The notes under the pieces: model-generated
Told to the model about the DNA's origin: nothing
Databases searched by the model: none
The model's input: the letters and a program-made list of their open reading frames with translations, nothing else
Made by a program: the position numbers and the translations under genes
In this document: positions 1 to 9,089 of the stretch, piece by piece
Layout of the letters: each line of letters opens with the position of its first letter
Numbering within the stretch: the stretch's first letter is position 1
Assembly (NCBI GenBank): GCA_038231455.1
Contig: JBBRLI010000007.1
Coordinates: forward strand, 64,001-128,000
Direction of reading: 5' to 3'
From: Vulcanimicrobiales bacterium
Lineage (GTDB): Bacteria > Vulcanimicrobiota > Vulcanimicrobiia > Vulcanimicrobiales > Vulcanimicrobiaceae
DNA length: 64,000 nt

Positions 1-114
1 GCGCTGCACGCCTGGCGCCTGGGTTTTAAGCATCCCAAAACAAAAGAGATGCTGCAGTTCGAGGTGGATCCGCCGCGTGAGTATCTCGTTACGTTGGCGA
101 TGCTGCGCGCGTGA
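1..114 (+). CDS. RluA-family pseudouridine synthase, C-terminal fragment (runs off the window start)
   Basis: Frame 1 reads ALHAWRLGFKHPKTKEMLQFEVDPP...*, matching the LHA-x2-L-x-F-x-HP C-terminal motif; its stop overlaps the tgt start (GTGA). Confidence 0.75.
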   Translation, partial: ALHAWRLGFKHPKTKEMLQFEVDPPREYLVTLAMLRA

Positions 115-1217
115 GCGCGGTCGGCACCTACACGCTGCACGCAACCTCCGGCGCGGCGCGGCGCGGCACGCTCGAACTCGCTCATGGAAAGCTCGAGACG
201 CCGGCCTTCATGCCCGTCGGCACCGTCGCAACGGTCAAAGGCCTCGCACCACGCGATCTCAAGGAGATCGGCGCGCAGATCATCCTCTCCAATACGTATC
301 ACCTGTGGTTACGACCGGGGCACGACACGATCGTCGAGGCGGGCGGCCTGCACCGGTTCATGAATTGGGATCGCCCGATCCTTACCGATAGCGGCGGATT
401 TCAGGTCTTCAGCCTCGAGTCGCAGCGCAAGCTCGACGACGACGGCGTCACGTTTCGCTCGCATATCGACGGTTCGCAGCACCGCTTCACACCCGAAAAC
501 GTCGTCGCGTTCCAAGAAGATCTCGGCGTCGACGTCGCGATGGTGCTCGATGAGTGCATCAAGCTCCCCGCCACCCCCGAGGCGGTCGCCGAATCGGTTC
601 GCCGCACGACCGCGTGGGCGCGGCGGGCGGCCGCCTCCTGGCGACGCGGCAATACCGCGCTCTTTGCGATCGTGCAAGGCGGGCTTGACGAACGCGCGCG
701 CGCGCAGAGTGCCGCGGAGCTGATCGAACTCGATTTGCCCGGCTATGCCATCGGCGGACTCTCCGTTGGTGAGACGCGCGAGGAGATGGTGCGCCTCGCT
801 CGATTCAGCGCAAGCCTGCTCCCCGAGCGCAAACCACGCTATCTCATGGGCGTCGGAACGGTGCGCGATTTGCTTGCGGCTATCGACTGCGGGATCGACA
901 TGTTCGACTGCGTCTATCCGACGCGCAGCGGGCGGCACGGCCGCGCGATGACTTCGGTCGGCGAACTCAATATTCGCAATGCGGCATTCACGCGCGATTT
1001 CGGGCCGCTCGATCCGGCGTGTACGTGTGATGTCTGCACGCAGTTTTCACGAGCGTACCTATCGCATCTCTTCCGGGCAAACGAGCTACTGGGACCGCGC
1101 TTGCTTTCGTATCATAATCTCTTTGCACTCGACCACCTCATGAGCGAGGCCCGCGTGGCGATCGAGCGGAACGAGTGGCAGGCCTTTCGAGCGCGCATGG
1201 CTGAGGAAAACACGTGA
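111..1217 (+). CDS. tgt: tRNA-guanine(34) transglycosylase
   Basis: TPAFMPVGT, LTDSGGFQVFS, GGLSVGE, DMFDCVYPTR and zinc motif CTCDVC. Confidence 0.97.
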   Translation: MSAVGTYTLHATSGAARRGTLELAHGKLETPAFMPVGTVATVKGLAPRDLKEIGAQIILSNTYHLWLRPGHDTIVEAGGLHRFMNWDRPILTDSGGFQVFSLESQRKLDDDGVTFRSHIDGSQHRFTPENVVAFQEDLGVDVAMVLDECIKLPATPEAVAESVRRTTAWARRAAASWRRGNTALFAIVQGGLDERARAQSAAELIELDLPGYAIGGLSVGETREEMVRLARFSASLLPERKPRYLMGVGTVRDLLAAIDCGIDMFDCVYPTRSGRHGRAMTSVGELNIRNAAFTRDFGPLDPACTCDVCTQFSRAYLSHLFRANELLGPRLLSYHNLFALDHLMSEARVAIERNEWQAFRARMAEENT

Positions 1218-1495
1218 GATTATATGTTGGCGGGCTGCCGCGCACGGCAACCAAAGAAGAAGTCACTCGGCTGTTCCGCCAGTTCGGCGCGACTGACGAG
1301 AGCGTCGTGCTCCCGCGCGACCGCCGCACGCGCCGCCGCAAAGGCATGGCGTATATCGATTTGCCAAGCCGCGGTTCGGCCGATTCGGCGATTGAGATGT
1401 TCAATGGTTTTGAGATCGACGGCAAACCGCTAACCGTCATGCTTGCGGAAGATCGTCCGCTCAAGCGCCCGCGCCAGCGTCCCATTTCGCGGTGA
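1214..1495 (+). CDS. RRM (RNP-1) RNA-binding protein
   Basis: RNP2-like LYVGGL and RNP1-like KGMAYID; 4-nt overlaps with both neighbours. Confidence 0.85.
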   Translation: MRLYVGGLPRTATKEEVTRLFRQFGATDESVVLPRDRRTRRRKGMAYIDLPSRGSADSAIEMFNGFEIDGKPLTVMLAEDRPLKRPRQRPISR

Positions 1496-2223
1496 TTCGC
1501 CGGCTTTGGCTACTCGCCGCATTGCTTGCAATCGCGGCGCCGAGCGTTGCGCGCGCGGACTCCGTTTATGCCGGGATTACGCTCAACCCACTCTTCGGCG
1601 AGCACCAGAGCTTTAACGATAAAGTCAACCCGCCGCCGATTCCAGCGCCGCTACTCGATGTAACCGCGCGACGCGGACGCGCGGAATTCTATTTCACCGG
1701 ATTACCCGCATCGGTGAGCGTCCCGTACCAAGACGCAAAGCAGAGCCACACTTCGACGACACTCTCGATTCTCGACGGCACGGCACGCTTGTACCTCACG
1801 CGCAATTTTTCGCTTGGCATCGGCGAAACGATCTATAACCAGACCACGCACTACTCGGTATCGATTCCGGTCAGCGGCGGCGGCGAGCGTCAATATTCGA
1901 AAATCGTCGGCGCCCACTACGAACTGCACTACGTCAAACCGGCGGGGATCGGCCGAATCGAGGCATCGTTTGCGTACGCGCCGACGCTCTACGGTACGCA
2001 GACGACGACGTTCGATGTCGGTCCCGGATCGACGACCCTCTTCGACCCGGAAAAAGGCAAGCAAATCGATACGTCGGTGCGCTACGTGCGACGGCGCGGT
2101 AAGCTCGAGACGATCTACGGAATCCGCTACATCAACTTCACCGCGATTTATACGGCAAACGGCAGCCTCTCCGACCGCAACGTGGGCATCCTCCCGACTT
2201 TCGGACTGCGAACCCGCCTCTAG
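1492..2223 (+). CDS. Exported protein, probable outer-membrane beta-barrel
   Basis: Signal peptide ending ARA-D; alternating aromatic/polar beta-strand patterns; C-terminal FGLRTRL. Confidence 0.6.
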   Translation: MIRRLWLLAALLAIAAPSVARADSVYAGITLNPLFGEHQSFNDKVNPPPIPAPLLDVTARRGRAEFYFTGLPASVSVPYQDAKQSHTSTTLSILDGTARLYLTRNFSLGIGETIYNQTTHYSVSIPVSGGGERQYSKIVGAHYELHYVKPAGIGRIEASFAYAPTLYGTQTTTFDVGPGSTTLFDPEKGKQIDTSVRYVRRRGKLETIYGIRYINFTAIYTANGSLSDRNVGILPTFGLRTRL

Positions 2224-2226
2224 CCC

Positions 2227-3878
2227 ATGATTACGACCGAAGATCTCAAGACCGTCTCACTCTTTGCCGACGTCGATGCGAGGCTACTCGCGCGCATCGC
2301 ATCGCGCGTCGCCGATATCCGCGTCAAGAAAAATGAGTGGATCTTCCAAGAGAGCGATCCCGCCGCGTTCTGGGCCGTGATTGCGGGTGAAGTCGAGATG
2401 ATCAAGGTGATCGGCGGCGTGCAACGCCAGACGACGACGTTCGATCCCGGCGAATTTTTCGGCGAAGTGCCGCTGATGCTCGGCGCTGCGACCTTCTCGG
2501 GCTGCCGGGCGCTACGCGATTCGCGGCTGCTTCGACTCGATGCGAACGACTTTCACAACCTCGTGATCGAATCGCCCCAGGCAAGTGCCATTCTCGCGCA
2601 AACGCTGGTCCGGCGCGTCAACGCGATTCAGGAGATCTTCCGCGAGGCCGAGGTCACGCGGGCGACGATCGTCGGCGACCGGTACGATCTTGCCTGTCAC
2701 GACGTCCGCGACTTTCTGTATCGCAACCACATTCCGTTCGAGTGGCTCGATCCCAATAACGATGCGGATCGCACGTGTATCGCACCGGAGATTCTCGCGA
2801 GCGCGATTATCCCACGGTCATCGTCGACGATGGCTCGACACTTGTGGAACCAAGCGACCGCGACATCGCCGTTCATCTGGGTCTGCAAACCAAACCCGAT
2901 AACGAAGAGTACGACGTCGCAATTATCGGCGGTGGTCCCGCGGGACTTGCGGCGGCGGTGTACGGTGGCTCCGAGGGCTTGCGTACGATTATGATCGAGC
3001 GCGAAGCGCCGGGTGGCCAAGCGGGCACATCCTCGCGTATCGAAAACTATCTCGGATTTCCCGGCGGTATTTCGGGCGATGAGTTGGCAAATCGCGCACT
3101 CATGCAAGCAAAGCGCTTCGGCACCGAGATCCTCGTCACACGCGAAGTGCAGTCGATGGAGCGTTGCAACGAGGGCTTTTCGATTGCACTCGATGGCGGC
3201 GACATCGTGCGAACGCGCGCGATCGTCATCGCAACGGGCGTGACGTGGCGGACGCTTGAGATCGAAAATGCCGATCGCCTTGTCGGGCGGGGGGTCTACT
3301 ACGGCGCGGCGCGCACCGAGGCGCTCGGCATGCGCGGCAAAGAGATTTTTTTGATCGGCGGGGGCAACTCCGCAGGTCAAGCGGCGATGTTTTTTGCCAA
3401 CTACGCGCATTCGGTGAGGCTTCTCGTGCGGAGCGACGATCTCGCAAAGAGTATGTCGCACTATTTGATCGAGCAGCTCGGCAGCAAAGACAACGTCCAC
3501 GTCGAGGTCAGCACCCAGGTGATCGGCCTAGGTGGCGACGGTCACCTCGAATCGATCGTCACGCAAAATGGAATGCAGACCAGCTCGGCGCGGAAGGCCG
3601 ATGGGCTTTTCGTCTTCATCGGTGCAGACGCCGTCACGACGTGGCTGCCAAAAACGCTCGAACGGGACGCACGCGGCTACATCAAAACCGGTCGCGACAT
3701 CGCGGGGTGGAGCGACGAGCGGTATCCGTTTTCGCTCGAAACGAGCATCCCCGGAATCTTTGCCGCGGGAGACGTGCGCAGCAACTCGGTCAAGCGTGTT
3801 GCCTCCGGCGTCGGCGAAGGCAGTATGGTCATCGCATACGTCCATCAATATCTCGAAACGCTCCGAACACCCGCGTAA
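2227..3878 (+). pseudogene. cNMP-binding domain fused to a thioredoxin-reductase-like FAD oxidoreductase, split by one frameshift near 2800
   Basis: ORF 2227-2994 has a cNMP domain (GEFFGEVPL); ORF 2775-3878 has [31 protein letters not shown]; coding sense switches frame at ~2795-2805. Confidence 0.75.
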
Positions 3879-4014
3879 CGTTTCGATTACGATTGGGCGT
3901 CGCCAATCACACCTTCGAACCACTCCGGTTGCAAACACCCGATCGTAAGCGATCGGTAAGTGTGCTCCCGTATGCTGATGCGAGTCACACCGCGCTCATC
4001 TAGGAGAACACCCG

Positions 4015-4155
4015 ATGGAATCAACTCTCGCGCACGCCCACCCGCTCGTCAAAACCGGCCCGACCCTCGTCGCACCGCCGTGGGCCCTTGCGGCGCTGAT
4101 GTTCGTTCTGCTCGCAGGCGCGTTTGTGGGAGCGGTGCTGCTAGCTGCGCGTTAA
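4015..4155 (+). CDS. 46-aa single-TM small protein (not in ORF track)
   Basis: AGGAG at 4002-4006, ATG at 4015; MESTLAHAHPLVKTGPTLVAPPWALAALMFVLLAGAFVGAVLLAAR*. Confidence 0.55.
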   Translation: MESTLAHAHPLVKTGPTLVAPPWALAALMFVLLAGAFVGAVLLAAR

Positions 4156-6965
4156 GCGCGGCACGAACGACCCGCGTCGATCTCCCGGACGATCGCGGCG
4201 CACGAAGCGCAGATCGTCGGGTGATCGAGGTCCGCTCCAAGCGGCAGCAGCTTCCAGCAGCGCGCACACTTCTCACCGGTAGCCGGCTGCAGAATCACCG
4301 TCGACTCCGTCGACGGACTCTTCTCCAGACTTGCGACCTGCGAGACGATCAGCGCTTCGCGCAAGTTGTCACCGAGCGCAACGAGCGCATCAAAATGAGC
4401 GGGGTCGACGAATACGCGGGCGTCGGCTTCGAAGTCGCGTGGGCTCTCGCTCGATGCGACCTGCGAACGCAGATTCTTGAGCAGCGTCCACTTTGCAAGC
4501 GCATCGGCATCGATCTCGTGAACCTTCGGGAAGGCAACGTCGAAGATGCTTGCGTGATCGCCGCGCAGCGTGGCGGACAAATGCTGCCACGCTTCTTCGG
4601 CGGTGAACGAAAGCACCGGTGCGAACAGCACGCCGAGCGTCCGGAAGATTTCGAGGACCGCGCTCTGCGCACTACGCCGGCGTGAGGAGTTCGGCCCGCC
4701 CGAGTACAGCCGGTCTTTAAGCGCATCGAGGTAAAACGACGAAAGATCTTCGGAGTCGAACTTCATCAGCGCAAGATACGCATCGTGCAGACGATAGTGA
4801 CGGTAGTGGTCGACGACGTCTTTGGCGAGTGCATCGAGCGCCGCGAGCGCGAGTTTGTCGATTGGCTCCATCGCGCTGCGCGGCACGACGGCAGCCGCGT
4901 TCAGGTCGTAGAGCAAGCTCAGCATGTAGCGTAGCCGGAAGCGAAAATTCTTGTAGACGTTCGCGACATTGTCGAGCAGTTTGTCGCCCAAACGTACGTC
5001 AGCGGTATAATCGACCGATGCGACCCAGAGGCGCAGGACGTCGGCGCCGTACTTCTCCATGCCGTCTTGCGCGGCGATGTAGTTGCCCGCGGACTTGTGC
5101 ATCGCACGCCCGTCGGCATCGACGACCCAGCCCGTCGAGACGACTTCTTTATACGGCGGCGCGCCCATCGTCGCCACGGCCGTGATCAGATTCGAGCGGA
5201 ACCAGCCGCGATACTGATCGCTGCCTTCCAGATACAGGTTGGCCGGCCACGGCAGGCCGCCGTTCTTGAGCACCGCCCGGTGCGTGACGCCCGATTCGAA
5301 CCAGATATCGACGATATTCATTTCTTTCGTGAACGTCGCGTTGTGGCAGTGCGGGCACGTGAAGTCGGCCGGGATGAAAGCGGTGAGGTCTTCTTTCCAC
5401 CACATGTCCGAGGCGTTGGTGTAGGCGCTGCCGCGTTCGCGGAAGGCTTTGGCAAGATTGCGCGCGACCGCGGGATCGACGATCGAATTCTGACAGCTAT
5501 TGCAGACGAATGCCGGGATCGGCGTGCCCCACGTGCGTTGACGCGAGACACACCACTCCGGATGGTTCGCGATCATCTGTTCCATGCGGCCTTCGCCCCA
5601 CGTCGGCAACCATTTGACATCGCCGATCTTGTCTTCGATCTTGGCGCGCAACCGGTTGACGTCCATCGCGATAAACCACTGCGCGGTCGCACGAAAGACG
5701 ACCGGGTTCTTGCAGCGCCAGCAGTGCGGATAGCTGTGGTTGTATTTCTCGTGGGCGATCAAATGTCCCGAGGCGCGCAAATCATCGATGATCTGCTGCT
5801 GTGCATCGAAGATGAACAGCCCCGCATACGGTCCCGCCTCGGGCGTGAATTTGCCCGCGCCGTCGACCGGATTGAGGATCGGCAACCCGTACTGGACGCC
5901 GGTGTTGAAGTCATCGGTCCCGTGTCCGGGCGCGGTATGAACGGCGCCCGTTCCGGTTTCAAGCTCCACGTATTCGGCGCCAACGATGAGCGAATCGCGA
6001 TCGAGGAATGGATGGCGCACGCTCGTCCCCACAAGCGCTGCCCCTGCAACCGAGGCGAGTTGCTTGCCAAGATCCATTTCATGCGCGATGCGCTTGATCA
6101 GCGATGCAGCCAGGGCATCGGCGACGATCACACGTTCGTTACCGACTTCATAGAGTCCGTACGCCGCATCCGGCTTGAGCGCGATTGCGACGTTCGCGGG
6201 CAAGGTCCACGGCGTGGTGGTCCAGATCGCAACCGAGACCGGTTTGCCGTCGTCGGCTACGCCGAACTTCGCGAGCAGAGCGGCGCGCTGCGCATCGTTT
6301 GCGGTGAAGCGCACGTAGATCGAGGGCGAGACCCGGTCGGCGTACTCGATCTCCGCCTCGGCGAGCGCCGTCTCGTCATGAACGCACCACAGCGTCGAGC
6401 GCAAGCCCTTGTAGAGTTGCTTCGATTCGGCAAGGTCGGCGAGCGTCTCGACGATCGTCGCTTCGAACTCGGGGGCGATCGTCATGTACGGGCGATCGTA
6501 ATGACCGAAGACGCCCATGCGCAAGATCGTCGATCGTTGACGGTCGAGCCAATAGAGCGCACGTTCGCGACAGGCGGCGCGCAGTTCGATCGGATCGATC
6601 TTATGGAAGTCGATGCCCAGATGCTTGAGCGTTTCGCGCTCGATCGGCAAGCCGTGCATGTCCCAACCCGGGATGAAATCCGCCCAGCGTCCATCGAGGA
6701 GGTTGATCTTGATGAACGCGTCTTTGAGCACGCGGTTGAGGAAGTGCCCCATGTGCAGATCGCCGTTCGCGTACGGCGGTCCATCGTGCAGAATCCACGG
6801 CTCGTTCTTGCGATTGGCGGCAAGGCGCCGCTCGTAGGTGCCGTTCTCTTTCCACCACGCGACGCGCGTCGGCTCGCTCTTGGCCAGCCCGGCTCGCATC
6901 GGGAAATCTGTTTTCGGAAGATTGAGAGAATCGCGGTAGTCGCGCACGGTGGTTAAGTCCGACAT
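4152..6965 (-). CDS. ileS: Isoleucine--tRNA ligase (type 1)
   Basis: LHDGPPYANG, HMGH, PGWDMHGLPIE, WTTTPWT, GTGAVH, SRQRTWG, C-terminal CARC...CASC zinc finger. Confidence 0.97.
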   Translation of the reverse strand: MSDLTTVRDYRDSLNLPKTDFPMRAGLAKSEPTRVAWWKENGTYERRLAANRKNEPWILHDGPPYANGDLHMGHFLNRVLKDAFIKINLLDGRWADFIPGWDMHGLPIERETLKHLGIDFHKIDPIELRAACRERALYWLDRQRSTILRMGVFGHYDRPYMTIAPEFEATIVETLADLAESKQLYKGLRSTLWCVHDETALAEAEIEYADRVSPSIYVRFTANDAQRAALLAKFGVADDGKPVSVAIWTTTPWTLPANVAIALKPDAAYGLYEVGNERVIVADALAASLIKRIAHEMDLGKQLASVAGAALVGTSVRHPFLDRDSLIVGAEYVELETGTGAVHTAPGHGTDDFNTGVQYGLPILNPVDGAGKFTPEAGPYAGLFIFDAQQQIIDDLRASGHLIAHEKYNHSYPHCWRCKNPVVFRATAQWFIAMDVNRLRAKIEDKIGDVKWLPTWGEGRMEQMIANHPEWCVSRQRTWGTPIPAFVCNSCQNSIVDPAVARNLAKAFRERGSAYTNASDMWWKEDLTAFIPADFTCPHCHNATFTKEMNIVDIWFESGVTHRAVLKNGGLPWPANLYLEGSDQYRGWFRSNLITAVATMGAPPYKEVVSTGWVVDADGRAMHKSAGNYIAAQDGMEKYGADVLRLWVASVDYTADVRLGDKLLDNVANVYKNFRFRLRYMLSLLYDLNAAAVVPRSAMEPIDKLALAALDALAKDVVDHYRHYRLHDAYLALMKFDSEDLSSFYLDALKDRLYSGGPNSSRRRSAQSAVLEIFRTLGVLFAPVLSFTAEEAWQHLSATLRGDHASIFDVAFPKVHEIDADALAKWTLLKNLRSQVASSESPRDFEADARVFVDPAHFDALVALGDNLREALIVSQVASLEKSPSTESTVILQPATGEKCARCWKLLPLGADLDHPTICASCAAIVREIDAGRSCRA

Positions 6966-7012
6966 AGAACGCGCACATTTACGTGCGCCGGGAAGTCGGG
7001 CCTCTTGGGTCG

Positions 7013-7942
7013 CTACCCGGCTAGCGCAAGGGCCCGCGTGCGCATCAGCCGGCCGGTAATCCGGCCTTCCTCAACGACATCGATGAAGGGGCGGTCGCTC
7101 GCGCGGAACGCGGCCAGTGCTTCGAGACCCGTTGCCGTGCGCGGCAAGGTTGGGCCGGCTTCGGAGGCGAGGATCTCCGCGCCGTGCGGCTCCATCAGGT
7201 CGCCGACGGTCACGCGTTCGAGCCGTTCCACGAGCCGCGCGCCGCGGTACGCGCCCCAGCCGTTGCGGATCAGAAAGCCGCCCATGAGGACGTACCAGCC
7301 GTATTGCCACTCACGCGTGCTTGCGACCAAAACGATGCCGGTGATGACCAAACTGATCGCGAGAACCAAGCCTGCAAGCGAGGCGATCGCCGTCCCCGAG
7401 GCCTGGCTGTGACGCAGCCGCCACAGGATGGCGCGCAGCACCCGGCCGCCGTCCATCGGAAAGGCGGGGATTAAGTTAAACGCGCCGAGGCCCGCGTTTG
7501 CGATTGCGCCGTAGGCAAGGACCGTCGCGACGGATTCGCCGAACGCCCCGCGCAGGACGAGTGCGGCGCCCATCGTCGCTACATAAAACAGGCCCGCGAG
7601 CGCAAAACTCACGGCCGGACCGGCTAAGGCGACGGCGACTTCTGCTCGCGGCGTGGGCGGCTCGGTCTCGAGCGTTGCGACGCCGCCGAACATGAAGAGC
7701 GTGATCGAATGCGTGCGAACGCCGAAGCGGCGCGCGACGAGCGCATGTCCGAACTCATGGGCGATAACGCTTGCAAAGAGCAAGAGCGCGCCGATCGCCG
7801 CGAGCAACAAGCCCAAGTTGTGCGGCACATCACGTAATTCGCCGACGAGCGACGACGTGACGAGCGCATAGACGACGATCCACGAAACGTGGACATCGAC
7901 GGCGATTGCAAACAGCTTTCCGAGTCGAAGCGTTTGGCGCAT
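7013..7942 (-). CDS. Site-2 protease (M50 family) with degenerate C-terminal CBS-like region
   Basis: HEFGH, AGP and NLIPAFPMDGG motifs; multiple TM segments; start taken at MRQTLRLG. Confidence 0.9.
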   Translation of the reverse strand: MRQTLRLGKLFAIAVDVHVSWIVVYALVTSSLVGELRDVPHNLGLLLAAIGALLLFASVIAHEFGHALVARRFGVRTHSITLFMFGGVATLETEPPTPRAEVAVALAGPAVSFALAGLFYVATMGAALVLRGAFGESVATVLAYGAIANAGLGAFNLIPAFPMDGGRVLRAILWRLRHSQASGTAIASLAGLVLAISLVITGIVLVASTREWQYGWYVLMGGFLIRNGWGAYRGARLVERLERVTVGDLMEPHGAEILASEAGPTLPRTATGLEALAAFRASDRPFIDVVEEGRITGRLMRTRALALAG

Positions 7943-7985
7943 CAGTCCATTTAGTATTGCACGCGTCGTGCGCGCACGCAATCGG

Positions 7986-9089
7986 TTACGGGAGTTTTTT
8001 TACGAGTTCGTCGAGCGCGACGAAGTTGCGTTCCGCGAGCGCCGTCATTGCTGGCATTTTCGCGCTGAGATGACCGGCGACCGATGCGCGCTGGGACCAC
8101 GCATGATCGACGGCCCGCTCGATCGCTATGGGATCGGGCGTGCTCTTCGATGCGGGCACCCAAAGTGGCGGAAGCGGATAGGCAAGGTCATCGCAGAGCG
8201 CGTCGATTTTTGGATCGTAGGGGACGGCAAGAAACGGAACGCCAAGGCGCGCTGCGATGATCAGCGCGTGAAGCCGCATGCCGATCACCAGTTGCGCCGA
8301 GCCGATCACTTGCGCTGCCTGCGCGAGCGGATAGTCCGGTAAGAGCACGGGCGAGGTTCGGCAGCGCCGGATTACGACGGTCGAGGCTTCGGCATCGGCG
8401 GCACCGCCGAGCGGCAAGAACGCAACGCGCGCACCGTAGCGTTCGCCGAGGTGGTCGACGGCATTCGCGATTGCCGTCGCCGTCGCATCGCCGCCGGTCC
8501 AGCGGCGGACGGACACGACGACCAGTGGCGCGTCGCTCGGCCCTAAACCCTCGGCCGCAAGATCCAGCGGCGCAGCCCCCGGCTCGAAGAGAAAGACCGG
8601 ATCGGCCGTCCGTTCGACCTTCGTCCCCGGCAAGAGCGGCCCGAGTAGCGCGCGAGAGCGTTCGTCTCGGACCGTGGCAAGCGAGGCGCCACGGCAGAAT
8701 TCACGCACCACCGACTTGCCCCAGAAGTCGAGCGGACCGATCGATTGCGCGAAGATCATCGTGGCTTTCTTCGCGCGAATCGCCGTGCGGATGACCCCGG
8801 CATAATACAGCAAGCTCTTGAGGCTGGTCACGTTCTGCAAGAGCCCGCCGCCGCCCGAGAGCACGACGTCGGCCTTTTCGATCGCGCGGCGCACCGCGCC
8901 CAGATCCATACGCGCGGTCGCCTCGACGGAATAGGTCCGCTCCGTCTCCTCGGGCGTCGCGCTCAAGACGTCGATCGTGCAGCCCGCAAAACGCGCGCGC
9001 AACTGCGTGATGATAATCGCGAGGAGCGCCTCATCGCCCAAGTTTCCGAAGCCGTAATAGCCGGAGAGAACGATCCGCGGTTCACGCAT
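7986..9089 (-). CDS. csaB: Polysaccharide pyruvyl transferase CsaB
   Basis: SGYYGFGNLGDEA, SGGGGLLQNVTS, QSIGP, VRDERS, GMRLHALI, YDPKI. Confidence 0.9.
   Translation of the reverse strand: MREPRIVLSGYYGFGNLGDEALLAIIITQLRARFAGCTIDVLSATPEETERTYSVEATARMDLGAVRRAIEKADVVLSGGGGLLQNVTSLKSLLYYAGVIRTAIRAKKATMIFAQSIGPLDFWGKSVVREFCRGASLATVRDERSRALLGPLLPGTKVERTADPVFLFEPGAAPLDLAAEGLGPSDAPLVVVSVRRWTGGDATATAIANAVDHLGERYGARVAFLPLGGAADAEASTVVIRRCRTSPVLLPDYPLAQAAQVIGSAQLVIGMRLHALIIAARLGVPFLAVPYDPKIDALCDDLAYPLPPLWVPASKSTPDPIAIERAVDHAWSQRASVAGHLSAKMPAMTALAERNFVALDELVKKLP

Noticed and set aside
2790-2810. Programmed ribosomal frameshift
   Set aside because: No X-XXY-YYZ slippery site or homopolymer at the junction
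5067-6956. Long antisense ORFs (629 aa here; also 34063-35121, 39027-40580, 59974-61539 and others)
   Set aside because: Shadow frames opposite clear conserved genes, expected in GC-rich DNA; no motifs
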